From positions 32,001 to 96,000 of the forward strand of contig JBNKHE010000002.1 in assembly GCA_050290185.1 (NCBI GenBank): 64,000 bases of DNA, in the 5' to 3' direction. Shown piece by piece: positions 49,617 to 59,407 of this stretch; positions within the stretch are counted from its first letter, which is position 1, and the number at the start of each line of letters is the position of its first letter. The position numbers and the translations under genes were made by a program. Below the pieces are notes generated by a model. It was not told where the DNA came from, did not search any database, and was given only the letters and a program-made list of their open reading frames with translations. Source of the DNA: Pontiella sp. Its GTDB lineage: Bacteria; Verrucomicrobiota; Kiritimatiellia; Kiritimatiellales; Pontiellaceae.

Positions 49617-50588
49617 TTGGACTATCTTCAACGGGCAAGCGAAGTACTGGCAATCGAGATTTCCGGACTGGAAAAGGTTAAGCAGGATCTGGACGGCGGT
49701 TTCAGCCAGGCGGTTGACGCCATTTTGGAAACTGTCCGGAACGGCGGAAAAGTCGTCGTCGCCGGCGTCGGCAAAAACTGGCATATCGGAAACAAGATCG
49801 CGGCTACGCTGACGAGCACGGGAACGCCGGCGGTGGTGATGCATCCCATCGAAGCCATGCACGGCGACTTCGGCATTCTGGGCGACCGCGACATCCTGCT
49901 GGCCATGAGCTATTCCGGCGCCTCCGACGAGCTGATCGCTCTGCTACAACCCGTCAAGCGCAAGGGCGTCCGGATCATTGCCATGACCGGGGAAATGGAC
50001 AGTCCGCTCGCCCAGCACAGCGATATCATCGTATCGGTCAAGGTCGAAAAGGAGGCCTGCCCGTTCAATATGGCCCCGACCACCAGTACAACGGCCACGC
50101 TCGCACTCGGGGATGCTTTGGCCATGGTGCTGCTTGAAGCCCGCGGATTCAAAATCGAGGACTATGCCAAACTCCATCCGGGCGGCGCGATCGGGCGCAC
50201 CCTGCTCTTGCGGGTCGAGGATGTCATGCGCACCGGCGAACGCTGTGCCACGGTCCAATCCGGTCACGCGGTGCGGGAAGCGCTAATCGCGATGACCGGC
50301 GCCAAGGCCGGATGCGTGGCCATCGTCAATGTCGACAACACGCTGGCGGGCATTATGACGGATGGCGACCTGCGCCGCCACCTGATCGAAACGCCCAATC
50401 TGGTCGAACAGCCGGTGGAAACGGTCATGACGGCCAACCCGATCACCTTGAGCAAGGATATGCTGGCGCTGGAAATCCTGAATATTTACGAAAAACACAA
50501 CATCGACGACTTGATCGTGGTCGATGAAAAGAACCGCGTAATCGGCGCGGTCGACATCCAGGATATGCCCAAGCTTAAAATCCTGTAA
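49617..50588 (+). CDS. kdsD: arabinose-5-phosphate isomerase (KpsF/GutQ, SIS + 2 CBS)
   Basis: GVGKNWHIG.KIAAT, EAMHGD, EACPFNMAPTTS, HPGG.IG; TTG start after GAGGAG. Confidence 0.92.
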   Translation: MDYLQRASEVLAIEISGLEKVKQDLDGGFSQAVDAILETVRNGGKVVVAGVGKNWHIGNKIAATLTSTGTPAVVMHPIEAMHGDFGILGDRDILLAMSYSGASDELIALLQPVKRKGVRIIAMTGEMDSPLAQHSDIIVSVKVEKEACPFNMAPTTSTTATLALGDALAMVLLEARGFKIEDYAKLHPGGAIGRTLLLRVEDVMRTGERCATVQSGHAVREALIAMTGAKAGCVAIVNVDNTLAGIMTDGDLRRHLIETPNLVEQPVETVMTANPITLSKDMLALEILNIYEKHNIDDLIVVDEKNRVIGAVDIQDMPKLKIL

Positions 50589-50689
50589 CGCGGACCGAAA
50601 CGCAATAGTTACCGATTGACCCGTTTGGGTCCAATCTGTAGGGTTTGCGGGTTCTTTTTACAACTATTGGAAAGGGAGAGGACAACACC

Positions 50690-52363
50690 ATGGCTATGAT
50701 GATTTCAAAGTTTCACAAACTCGTTGGTTCCAAGAAGGTTTGGACCGTCTTCGCCGTGCTTATCAGCGCGGCATTCGTGATCGCCTATACGGGCGGAAAA
50801 TCAGGTCGGCAACAGGCCCGGCCTGACGCGTCCTCAGAGACTGTGGGCAAGCTGTACAACGAGAAGGTCTCACGGCACGAACTGAGCCGCGAATACCAGA
50901 ATACCTACCTCATGCTGATCCTGCGGACCGGAAAGCCGCTCAGAATCACCGAGCAGATCGATCAGCTCCTCAAGGAGCAGGCATGGCAACGACTGGCCAT
51001 CTTGAAAAAAGCGGCCAAGATGGGGCTGGTGGTCTCCAAGGAACAGCTGGTCACCGCCATCCGCCAGCAGCCCGTCTTCCTCAACCAGCAGACCGGCCAG
51101 TTCGACCGCCAGGCATACGATGCCTTTTTCGCGCAGATACTTCCCCGCATTGGCGTGAACATGTCCCCCAAGGGATTTGAAACGATGATCTCCGAAAACC
51201 TGCTGATCGAAAAAGCCTCCAGCATGGCGATCCAGAGCGCCCTCGTAACCGATGCAGAAGTCGACCATGCTTTCCATGTATACAGCGACAAGCTGACCGT
51301 ACAGTATGCCTCCATCCCGCAGAGCCTGGCCACGCCCCCGGAAACTACCGAAGCGGATGCGCGCGAATACTACAACAAATACCCGAACCAGTTCACCTAT
51401 CCGGACAAGGTCAAGGTACGCTATGTGGATTTCCCCGTGGCAGACTATACGGCCGACATCGAAGTGACCGATGAAATGCTTGCCCAGGTCTATGATGACA
51501 ACAAGCAAATGTTCATGGTAGAGGGGACCGAAGACAGTGCGTCGCCGGAATACAAGCCGCTGGAAGAGGTAAAGGATACGATCATCGAAGAAATCAAGGG
51601 AGGCATGGGCCGGAAGAAAGCTGCCAATGATGCAGGCCTGTTTGTTTCCAAATTGTCCAGCCAGGCAGGAACCTTCGACAAACTGGCACAGGACGCCGGA
51701 AAAACCATCGCATCGACGCCGCCCTTTGCCCTGACCGATACCGTACGGGACATTGATCCCACCGCAAATTTTGCCCGGGCCGCCTTCGGCCTCGAAGATG
51801 ATGCCAACCATTACTACAGCGATCCGGTGATCGGCAAGGAACACGTCTACATCCTCGTATTGCAGAGCAAAATGCCCTCCTTCCTTCCCGGGTTCGAGAT
51901 CGTTGCGGATGAAGCCATGACAGCCGCCAAAGCTTCCGCCGCCGAAAAAGCCTACGCGCAGAAGGCCGAAGCGATCCACGCCGACCTTGAAACCGCGTTA
52001 AAGGCCGGTGCCTCGTTCGAAGATGCCGCATCCAAAGCCGGGCTGACGATCACCACCACCGAACCGTTCAGCGCAGCCGAACCCCCGGAAGACGATCTGG
52101 GCCAGAACATCCTGAGACAGACCGTGCTGTTCGATGCCGGCACACTCGTCGACCTGATCCCGACCGAAGAGGAGTTCATTGTCGCCTATATCTCCGCGAG
52201 GGAACCTGCCGACCGGCTTACGGCGGATCCAAACCTGATGGCCCAGCTCAAGGCCAGCGTACAGAACGACAAGGCCACCCGTCTTGCAACCGCATGGCGC
52301 GAATCGATCTTGAAAGAGGCCAATCTCGAGATCATCGACCCTGCAGCCAAAGACAACTCCTGA
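50690..52363 (+). CDS. PpiD/SurA N-terminal domain periplasmic chaperone
   Basis: N-terminal TM; F.NQQTGQFD..Y, VT.AEV..F, YKPLEEVK. Confidence 0.8.
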   Translation: MAMMISKFHKLVGSKKVWTVFAVLISAAFVIAYTGGKSGRQQARPDASSETVGKLYNEKVSRHELSREYQNTYLMLILRTGKPLRITEQIDQLLKEQAWQRLAILKKAAKMGLVVSKEQLVTAIRQQPVFLNQQTGQFDRQAYDAFFAQILPRIGVNMSPKGFETMISENLLIEKASSMAIQSALVTDAEVDHAFHVYSDKLTVQYASIPQSLATPPETTEADAREYYNKYPNQFTYPDKVKVRYVDFPVADYTADIEVTDEMLAQVYDDNKQMFMVEGTEDSASPEYKPLEEVKDTIIEEIKGGMGRKKAANDAGLFVSKLSSQAGTFDKLAQDAGKTIASTPPFALTDTVRDIDPTANFARAAFGLEDDANHYYSDPVIGKEHVYILVLQSKMPSFLPGFEIVADEAMTAAKASAAEKAYAQKAEAIHADLETALKAGASFEDAASKAGLTITTTEPFSAAEPPEDDLGQNILRQTVLFDAGTLVDLIPTEEEFIVAYISAREPADRLTADPNLMAQLKASVQNDKATRLATAWRESILKEANLEIIDPAAKDNS

Positions 52364-52375
52364 TCGGTAAAGGTC

Positions 52376-52777
52376 ATGCCGCTGCAATATCTCATCGCCC
52401 TGTTCATCGGCCTTCCGGTCGTTGAACTGGCGTTGCTCTTCAAAGTGCATGATTTCATGGGATGGGGTTCCACCATCCTGCTGGTGTTGCTGACCGGCGT
52501 AATCGGCGCAACACTGGTTCGCCGTCAGGGAATTGCCATCCTGTTCAAAATCCAGCATGAAATGGCACAGGGAAACCTGCCTGCCCCGCAGATGATCGAC
52601 GGCATCATGATCCTGCTTGCTGGCGCTCTGCTCATCACACCCGGCCTCATCACCGACTCCGTCGGCTTTGCGCTGCTCATTCCGCTTGTCCGCGAATCTC
52701 TCCGCGGCTGGTTGCGGAAAAAACTGGAGCAAAAAGCCCGCAACGGTTACATACAGGTAAACATCGACCGCTCGTGA
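52376..52777 (+). CDS. fxsA: FxsA family membrane protein
   Basis: PVVELALL, LTGVIGA.LVRRQG, LLITPGLITD..G. Confidence 0.9.
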   Translation: MPLQYLIALFIGLPVVELALLFKVHDFMGWGSTILLVLLTGVIGATLVRRQGIAILFKIQHEMAQGNLPAPQMIDGIMILLAGALLITPGLITDSVGFALLIPLVRESLRGWLRKKLEQKARNGYIQVNIDRS

Positions 52778-52793
52778 AGGTCGTGTGAGAGCT

Positions 52794-54215
52794 ATGACTG
52801 ATACTAAATCCATTCCACTGTGTGTCGATCTCGATGGAACGCTGGTCAAACTCGATACCCTCCACCAGGCGCTGTTCCTTCTTCTCCGGCGCGATTTTTC
52901 CAGCCTCTTCCGCATTCCCGGATGGATCCTTAAAGGCAAAGCCCACCTTAAGGAACAGGTCATGCAGCGCGTCACGCTCGACGCCACGGCCCTACCCTAC
53001 AACCAGACCTTTCTGAGTTGGCTGCACGAAGAGCGGGCCGCGGGCCGAAAGCTCGTACTGGCGACCGCCTCGAACTACCGTACCGCCAACGCCGTGGCCG
53101 ATCACCTCGGCATCTTCGATGAAATCCTGGCAAGCAATGCGGAAACCAACCTGCGCAACAATCGGAAACTTTCAGCCATACAGGAACGTTTCGAGCGCTT
53201 TGGCTATGCGGGCAACGATGCCCACGACATTCCGATCTGGGAGGCGGCAGCGGAAGTGATTCTCGTCAACCCCACCCGCCCGGCCAAAGCGGCCTGTGCC
53301 TCCAAAGCCGATCGCGTATTCGAGGAACGGCGCCCGGTACTGCGCATGTTCATCAAAGCCATGCGCTGCAATCAATGGCTTAAGAACATTCTCATTTTCT
53401 CCCCCATGTTCCTTGCACACCGCTTTACGGATCGCATCTGCCTGACCGATACCATCATGGCATTCTTTGCGTTTAGTTTTGCCGCATCGTCGATCTATGT
53501 CCTGAACGATCTTTTTGATCTCAGCGCCGACCAGCACCACCCGCGCAAATGTCAGCGACCCTTCGCCTCCGGCGACCTCCCCATCGCGGTCGGATCGCTG
53601 CTGATGCCCTTGCTCGTGATTGTCAGCATCATCTTCTGCATGTTCCTGCCCCTGCCCTTCTTCTTTACCTTGATGGCCTACTATATCATCACCACACTCT
53701 ATTCATGGCGCCTTAAGCAACTCGCCATTGCCGACGTACTGACCCTGGCGATTCTCTTTTCCATGCGCATTCTTGCCGGCTCCGTGGCCACAGGAACTCC
53801 CGCGTCGGGCTGGTTCGTTGAGTTTGCCATTTTTCTATTCCTGAGCCTTGCGCTGGTCAAGCGGCTCTCCGAGCTGCGAGAAATGGAAAATGGCTCCGAA
53901 CTGAAGCAAAAGCAGCGCGAACGCGGTTACAAGACCGACGACCTGCCGCTGCTGCTCGCCTTCGGAACCGCAAGCGGGTACATCGCGGTGCTGGTCTTCA
54001 CTATGTATCTCGGCAGCGAAAAAGTGGCCGAGCTATACCGCCGCCCCGAACTGCTCTGGATCTTCTGTCCGTTGCTGCTCTACTGGATCACCCGCATCTG
54101 GCATCTGGCCTGGCGCGGGCAAATGCAGGACGACCCGCTCGCCTTCGCCGCCAAGGATCTTCAAACCTATCTTGTTGGCGCGATCGGTGCCGCAGCCATG
54201 CTTCTTGCCATTTAA
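52794..54215 (+). CDS. HAD-like + UbiA prenyltransferase fusion (decaprenyl-phosphate phosphoribosyltransferase-like)
   Basis: CVDLDGTL, LATAS, YAGN; QWLKN, YVLNDLFD..DQHHPRK..RPFASG, DDPL.FA. Confidence 0.9.
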   Translation: MTDTKSIPLCVDLDGTLVKLDTLHQALFLLLRRDFSSLFRIPGWILKGKAHLKEQVMQRVTLDATALPYNQTFLSWLHEERAAGRKLVLATASNYRTANAVADHLGIFDEILASNAETNLRNNRKLSAIQERFERFGYAGNDAHDIPIWEAAAEVILVNPTRPAKAACASKADRVFEERRPVLRMFIKAMRCNQWLKNILIFSPMFLAHRFTDRICLTDTIMAFFAFSFAASSIYVLNDLFDLSADQHHPRKCQRPFASGDLPIAVGSLLMPLLVIVSIIFCMFLPLPFFFTLMAYYIITTLYSWRLKQLAIADVLTLAILFSMRILAGSVATGTPASGWFVEFAIFLFLSLALVKRLSELREMENGSELKQKQRERGYKTDDLPLLLAFGTASGYIAVLVFTMYLGSEKVAELYRRPELLWIFCPLLLYWITRIWHLAWRGQMQDDPLAFAAKDLQTYLVGAIGAAAMLLAI

Positions 54216-54236
54216 CCGTTATCGGAGATTAAACCC

Positions 54237-55151
54237 ATGACCAAACCCACCGTTGACCTGACTATTGTTGGATCCATTGGAATCGACACCATTGAAACAC
54301 CGACCGAAAAACGCGAAGAGATTCTCGGAGGCTCCGTCAGCTATGCATGCGCCGCCGCCTCGTTCTTTACCCATACCGGCATGGTCGGTGTCGTCGGCAC
54401 CGACTTTCCCCAGGAATTCCGCGACACATGGACCGACATGAACATCGACCTCGAAGGGCTCCAGACCGTCGAAGGAAAAACATTCCGCTGGTCCGGCGTC
54501 TATCACGAAAACATGGACAACCGCGACACGCTTTCCACCGAACTCAATGTCTTCGAAACCTTCTCCCCCGAACTGCCGGACGATTACCGCGAAGCCCCCT
54601 ACCTTTTCCTCGGCAACATCCACCCCGCGCTCCAGCTCCATGTGCTGGAGCAGGTGCGCGATCCCAAGTTCATTCTGATCGACACCATGGATCTGTGGAT
54701 CAATATCGATAAGGAAAACCTCACGAAGGTGATCGGCAAGTGCCACATGCTCACCCTCAACGAATCCGAGGCCCAGCTCTTTACCGGCGAGCACACGCTC
54801 AACAAAGCCGCACACCAACTCCTTGAACTCGGCCCTGAATATGTACTGATCAAAAAAGGCGGAAACGGATCGATGCTCTTCACCAAGGACGACGTCTTCC
54901 TGCTGCACGCCTATCCGCTCGACTCCTTCAAGGACCCCACCGGCGCGGGCGACACCTTTGCCGGCGGCCTCATGGGCGCACTTGCCGCATCCGGCAAAAC
55001 CGACAAAGAAGCCATCCGTCAAGCCATGGTCTACGGCAGCATCGTCGCCTCCTTCGGCGTCGAGGAATTCAGCCTCGAACGGCTGGTCCAGCTCGACCGA
55101 CCTCAGATCGACACCCGCGTTTCCGAGTTCAAGGAAATGTGCCGGCTGTAA
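54237..55151 (+). CDS. PfkB-family sugar/nucleoside kinase
   Basis: VGSIGIDTIETP, LGGSVSY, DTM..WI, DPTGAGDTFAGG. Confidence 0.92.
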   Translation: MTKPTVDLTIVGSIGIDTIETPTEKREEILGGSVSYACAAASFFTHTGMVGVVGTDFPQEFRDTWTDMNIDLEGLQTVEGKTFRWSGVYHENMDNRDTLSTELNVFETFSPELPDDYREAPYLFLGNIHPALQLHVLEQVRDPKFILIDTMDLWINIDKENLTKVIGKCHMLTLNESEAQLFTGEHTLNKAAHQLLELGPEYVLIKKGGNGSMLFTKDDVFLLHAYPLDSFKDPTGAGDTFAGGLMGALAASGKTDKEAIRQAMVYGSIVASFGVEEFSLERLVQLDRPQIDTRVSEFKEMCRL

Positions 55152-55250
55152 AAGGCTTTAGCTCTTGCATAGAACCTTCCTGCTCTTATCATGATTCAAT
55201 GATCCCGACGTGATTCCGGATACGGGTCAACATGATTAAGGAGAAATGCC

Positions 55251-56375
55251 ATGAAATGCTGGAAACGCATTGTCGTCTGCCTGCTCACAGGAGTGTATCT
55301 GGCAGGAGCCCAGACCAATGAAACCAAAGTAAGCAAACCGATCAGCATCGAGCTGGCGAAAAAGGCCATTTCCGCCATTGAACAAGATCCGCTGGGCGAC
55401 ATCTCAGAAGCCGCGATTGCGGTACTACTGCAATTTGCGGAGGAATCGGAGGACGTCGTGGTTACCATCGACGATTCTATCATGCCCCTGTTGCAGGCCT
55501 CCCAGGAGCATGAATACGGCAAGGTGCTCTTTGCGGCCTTCATTGCGGGAAACATCAAGGTTCAGCTTGATTCCGGCGTATGCGAAGACCAGCGCGAAGC
55601 CGGCATCGCCCAGGCCATTGCAACGTACAACTACCTCAAGGAACACACCGACATTGAGTCCAACCCGATAATCGAGGAATGGATCGAAGAACGACACTCC
55701 GGCATTGAGCCCAAATCGACAACCGAAGAATCCACCACGGAATCAGACGATAAGGATTCGGTCTGGAGCGATCGCCTCGAGCAGGGAAGAAAACAGATCG
55801 AATCGAAAGAGCCTTATGGAGCCATCGCCGATCACCTTGATCCCGTAATTGAGCATTATGAGGAGACCTATAAGGATGAAACCCGAACGATCTATTGTGC
55901 CGCTAACATGAAGGAAACGGTTGCTTACACGGCAATGTCTCTCCCGAAATCATCAGAGGATTCGGGAACCCTTGTACTGGATCAGGTTTGGGCGGAAGCC
56001 TATTACCTGAAAGCCTATTCTTTCGTAGAACTGAACCAGCTTGATCAGGCGAAAGCCGCATTGCAGCATGCCCTGAAACTTTCTCCGCGTCATTCGCAAT
56101 ACTGGGCTGAACTGGGTCACGTGTTCCAAACCGAAAAGGACTGGAAGCGATGCATGACGGCCTACGAAAAAGCAGCAGAGTCCGCTTCATTTTCCGACGA
56201 CGACATGGAAAAAAACCATCTAACCCGCGCATGGCGCGGCATGGGGTTTGTGCTTGTCGAGCTGGGAAAACTCACCGCGGCTGAGGAAAAATACAAACAA
56301 TGCCTGGAACTCGATCCCAACGATAAAAGGGCCAAGGCTGAGCTGGACTATATCAAGGGACTGCGCGGGAAGTAG
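55251..56375 (+). CDS. secreted tetratricopeptide repeat protein
   Basis: AAGGAG RBS; signal peptide; TPR-like AYYLKAY..ALKLSP, ELGHVF, AWRGMGFVLVELG..CLELDPND. Confidence 0.85.
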   Translation: MKCWKRIVVCLLTGVYLAGAQTNETKVSKPISIELAKKAISAIEQDPLGDISEAAIAVLLQFAEESEDVVVTIDDSIMPLLQASQEHEYGKVLFAAFIAGNIKVQLDSGVCEDQREAGIAQAIATYNYLKEHTDIESNPIIEEWIEERHSGIEPKSTTEESTTESDDKDSVWSDRLEQGRKQIESKEPYGAIADHLDPVIEHYEETYKDETRTIYCAANMKETVAYTAMSLPKSSEDSGTLVLDQVWAEAYYLKAYSFVELNQLDQAKAALQHALKLSPRHSQYWAELGHVFQTEKDWKRCMTAYEKAAESASFSDDDMEKNHLTRAWRGMGFVLVELGKLTAAEEKYKQCLELDPNDKRAKAELDYIKGLRGK

Positions 56376-56380
56376 AACGG

Positions 56381-56457
56381 TTCAGCCTCGAACGGCCGGT
56401 CCAGCTCGACCGCGACCAGCTCGACACCCGCGTTTCCGAGTTCAAGGAAATGTGCCG
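56381..56457 (+). repeat. 77-bp direct repeat of the pfkB 3' end (55068-55144)
   Basis: 71/77 identical by manual alignment. Confidence 0.92.
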
Positions 56458-56460
56458 CGT

Positions 56461-58650
56461 CTACAACAGCGACAGCGCATCGACATCCACCGTGCAGGTG
56501 ACGGCCTTCGGCATTTTACAGGATGCGAGGACGTGCCGGACCGGTTTCGTCATCTTCACCGTATGCTCGCATCGTAGCATGATCTGGTAGCGGTAGTACC
56601 CCTTGGCCCGGGCCAGCGGCGCAGGAACCGGCGGCGAGTGGGTCACGGATTCGGGAAGGATTCGTTCCAACCGATCAAAAAACCCGTCGGCCGCCTGCAT
56701 CACTTTGCTCTCGTTCTCCCCCTTGAACGTCAGCAGCACAAGGTGTGAAAACGGCGGATAGGAAAGCTCTTTGCGGAATTCCAGATCCTGCGAGCAGAAG
56801 CCGTCATAGTCGAGGTTGCGCGCCGCCTGGATGGCCGGATGGTGCGGCGTGTAGGCCTGAACAATCACTTCGCCCGCCTTTTCGCCGCGCCCGGCACGCC
56901 CGGCCACCTGCGTCAGCAACTGGAAGGTTCGCTCGCCCGCCCGGAAATCGGGTACGTGCAGCGACATGTCGGCACAGAGCACGCCAACGAGCGTGACGTT
57001 CGGGAAATCGAGCCCCTTGGCGATCATCTGGGTACCGAGCAGAATATCGATCTTTCCGGAGCGGAACTTGTCGAGCACGGTGCGATAGGAATCCTTCTTG
57101 CGCATCGTATCCGAATCCATGCGCGCCACCCGCGCGCTCGGGCACAGCTTCTCGAGCACCTCTTCGATCTTTTCCGTGCCCATCCCCGCATACTTGAAAT
57201 CCGGATCGCCGCAGTCCGGGCAACGGTCCGGTACCTTTTCTTCATGCCCGCAGATGTGGCAGAGCAGTTTGTGGGCGCGCTTGTGGTAGGTCATCGAAAC
57301 GCTGCATTCGCGGCACTCGGCCACATAGCCGCACTGCTCGCACTGGAGCGACGACGAAAATCCGCGACGGTTCAGGAACAATATCACCTGCTCGCGATTG
57401 TTGAGGCGGTCGTAGATGCCCTCCACCAGCTCGCGGGAAAAGATCTGCGGCCTCCCGTCCTTCTCGGCCTCGACGCGCATGTCGACCACCCGCATCAACG
57501 GCATGGAACGGTCGTCGACGCGCAGCAGCATTTCGGCAAGCTCGTAGCGACCTTCCTTCACATTGTTGAACGACTCCATCGACGGCGTCGCCGAGCCGAG
57601 CACCACGCAACAGCTTTCCAGATGGCCCCGCATGACGGCCACATCGCGGGCGTTATAGCGCGGCGACTCGTCCTGCTTGTAGGTCGCTTCGTGCTCTTCG
57701 TCGACCACGATCAGCCCCGGGTTCTCGATCGGCGAAAACAGAGCCGAGCGAGCGCCGATCGCGATCTGCGCCTCGCCGTTGCGGATGCGGTGCCACTCGT
57801 CATGCCGCTCGCCTTCCGAGAGACTCGAATGCAGCACCGCCACGCAATCGCCGAAGCGCGAACGGAAGCGGTCGACCGTCTGCGGCGTTAGCGATATTTC
57901 CGGCACCAGCACAATCGCGCCCTTTCCCTGGTCCAGCGCGTGCTGGATCGCCTGCAAATAGACCTCCGTCTTGCCGCTACCCGTCACGCCGTGCAACAGC
58001 ACCGTGCCCGGCTTTTCGCGATCCATCGCCGCATTGATCTTTTCGAGGGCGGTTTGTTGCTCAACCATCAGCTTGAACGGTTTCGTGCGCAACAACTCCA
58101 TGCCCGCATGCGGATCACGCAGAATGGTCGACTCCTCGATTTTCACCAGCCCATTCTTTTCCAGCGTCCGCACCGGCGAATCCGAGCAGCCCGTGCACTC
58201 TTTCAGTTCAGACAGCGTCATCGAGCCATGGGCTTGCAGGGTTTCGATCACCAGCATCTGCTTGGGTGGCAACGTAGACGCGGCATCCACCAGCGAAACC
58301 ACCAGTTGCTTCTTGTGCTGGGCGCCGCGTTTGCGGACGGCGCTGGGCAGGACGGTGCGGACAGCGTGCTCGATGGGTGCGCAGTAGTAGTCAGCGATCC
58401 AGTAGGCGAGTTTCATGATCGGGTCGGGAATCAGCGGCTTTTCGCCGACGACCCCGGCGATTTCCTTGAGCTTGTCGCCATAGGCCGAATAATTGGAGAG
58501 CCCTACCACGAACCCGCGCAGTTCCCGCGTTTTGAACGGCACCACCACCTGCGTCCCGACCTTGATGATGGACTGCAAATGCGCAGGAATCCGGTAGTCG
58601 AACTCCCGGTCCAGCGATATTTCCACCACAACTTTTGCAATCGATGCCAT
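56461..58650 (-). CDS. priA: primosomal protein N' (replication restart helicase)
   Basis: GVTGSGKTEVY, LVPEISLTPQ, DEEHE, LNRRGF, Cys clusters, GTQMIAKGLDFP, QVAGRAGR. Confidence 0.97.
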   Translation of the reverse strand: MASIAKVVVEISLDREFDYRIPAHLQSIIKVGTQVVVPFKTRELRGFVVGLSNYSAYGDKLKEIAGVVGEKPLIPDPIMKLAYWIADYYCAPIEHAVRTVLPSAVRKRGAQHKKQLVVSLVDAASTLPPKQMLVIETLQAHGSMTLSELKECTGCSDSPVRTLEKNGLVKIEESTILRDPHAGMELLRTKPFKLMVEQQTALEKINAAMDREKPGTVLLHGVTGSGKTEVYLQAIQHALDQGKGAIVLVPEISLTPQTVDRFRSRFGDCVAVLHSSLSEGERHDEWHRIRNGEAQIAIGARSALFSPIENPGLIVVDEEHEATYKQDESPRYNARDVAVMRGHLESCCVVLGSATPSMESFNNVKEGRYELAEMLLRVDDRSMPLMRVVDMRVEAEKDGRPQIFSRELVEGIYDRLNNREQVILFLNRRGFSSSLQCEQCGYVAECRECSVSMTYHKRAHKLLCHICGHEEKVPDRCPDCGDPDFKYAGMGTEKIEEVLEKLCPSARVARMDSDTMRKKDSYRTVLDKFRSGKIDILLGTQMIAKGLDFPNVTLVGVLCADMSLHVPDFRAGERTFQLLTQVAGRAGRGEKAGEVIVQAYTPHHPAIQAARNLDYDGFCSQDLEFRKELSYPPFSHLVLLTFKGENESKVMQAADGFFDRLERILPESVTHSPPVPAPLARAKGYYRYQIMLRCEHTVKMTKPVRHVLASCKMPKAVTCTVDVDALSLL

Positions 58651-58740
58651 AGCGGTACACCCTAGTTGGCCCCATCCTTAAACTCACGAAAAAACATCCC
58701 GCCTCTTGATTTGACGGCCTGCGCCAGTAGTATCCCCCGA

Positions 58741-59367
58741 ATGGTTCGCATATTGGAAATAGATCGGCAGCAACCGGAAACAGAACGGATTGCAGAAGCC
58801 AAAGCGGTGCTGGATGCCGGCGGATTGGTGATTGTCCCGACGGAAACGGTCTACGGCATCGCCTGCAATCCGGCCGTTCCGGGGGCGATGGAGAAGCTGA
58901 TCGCCGCCAAGGGGCGCGATGGCGACAAGCCGGTCGCAAGGTTGGCCGCAGATCCGAAGCAGGTAGCAAAAGCGGCAATCGACTGGAATGCCGGGCTTGA
59001 TGCGTTGGCCGAAAAATATTGGCCGGGCCCGCTGACCATTGTGCTGGAGACCAAAGAGGGATGGGTCGGCTACCGCATTCCGGACCATGCCGTGACGTTG
59101 GGCTTGGCTCAGGCCTGTGGTTGCTCCCTCGCCCTGACCAGCGCCAACCTGAGCGGAGATCCCGACACGAAAACGGCGCAGGAGGCCATGCACTCCGTGA
59201 ATGCCGATCTCGCGCTGGATAGCGGCCCTTCCGCCGAGCAGGCCATTCCCAGCACGGTCGTGAAAGTGGACGACGGGAAAATCGAATGCCTGCGAGCAGG
59301 TTGCATTCCTTTTGAAGAAATTGAACGGGAGTTCAAACACCAAGACACCAAAAACACAAACCCATGA
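58741..59367 (+). CDS. tsaC: L-threonylcarbamoyladenylate synthase (TsaC/Sua5/YrdC)
   Basis: VPTETVYGI, KGR..DKP, WPGPLT, TSANLSG, PSTVV. Confidence 0.92.
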   Translation: MVRILEIDRQQPETERIAEAKAVLDAGGLVIVPTETVYGIACNPAVPGAMEKLIAAKGRDGDKPVARLAADPKQVAKAAIDWNAGLDALAEKYWPGPLTIVLETKEGWVGYRIPDHAVTLGLAQACGCSLALTSANLSGDPDTKTAQEAMHSVNADLALDSGPSAEQAIPSTVVKVDDGKIECLRAGCIPFEEIEREFKHQDTKNTNP

Positions 59368-59407
59368 GCATCAAACCTTCGTGTTTTACGCTTCCGGAGA
59401 CCGGCCC

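Noticed and set aside
56372..56464. GTAG...CTAC bracketing the pfkB duplicate as a REP pair
   Set aside because: Both tetramers coincide with the TAG stops of the TPR gene and priA, and there is no REP hairpin. A RAYT role in this insertion is unsupported
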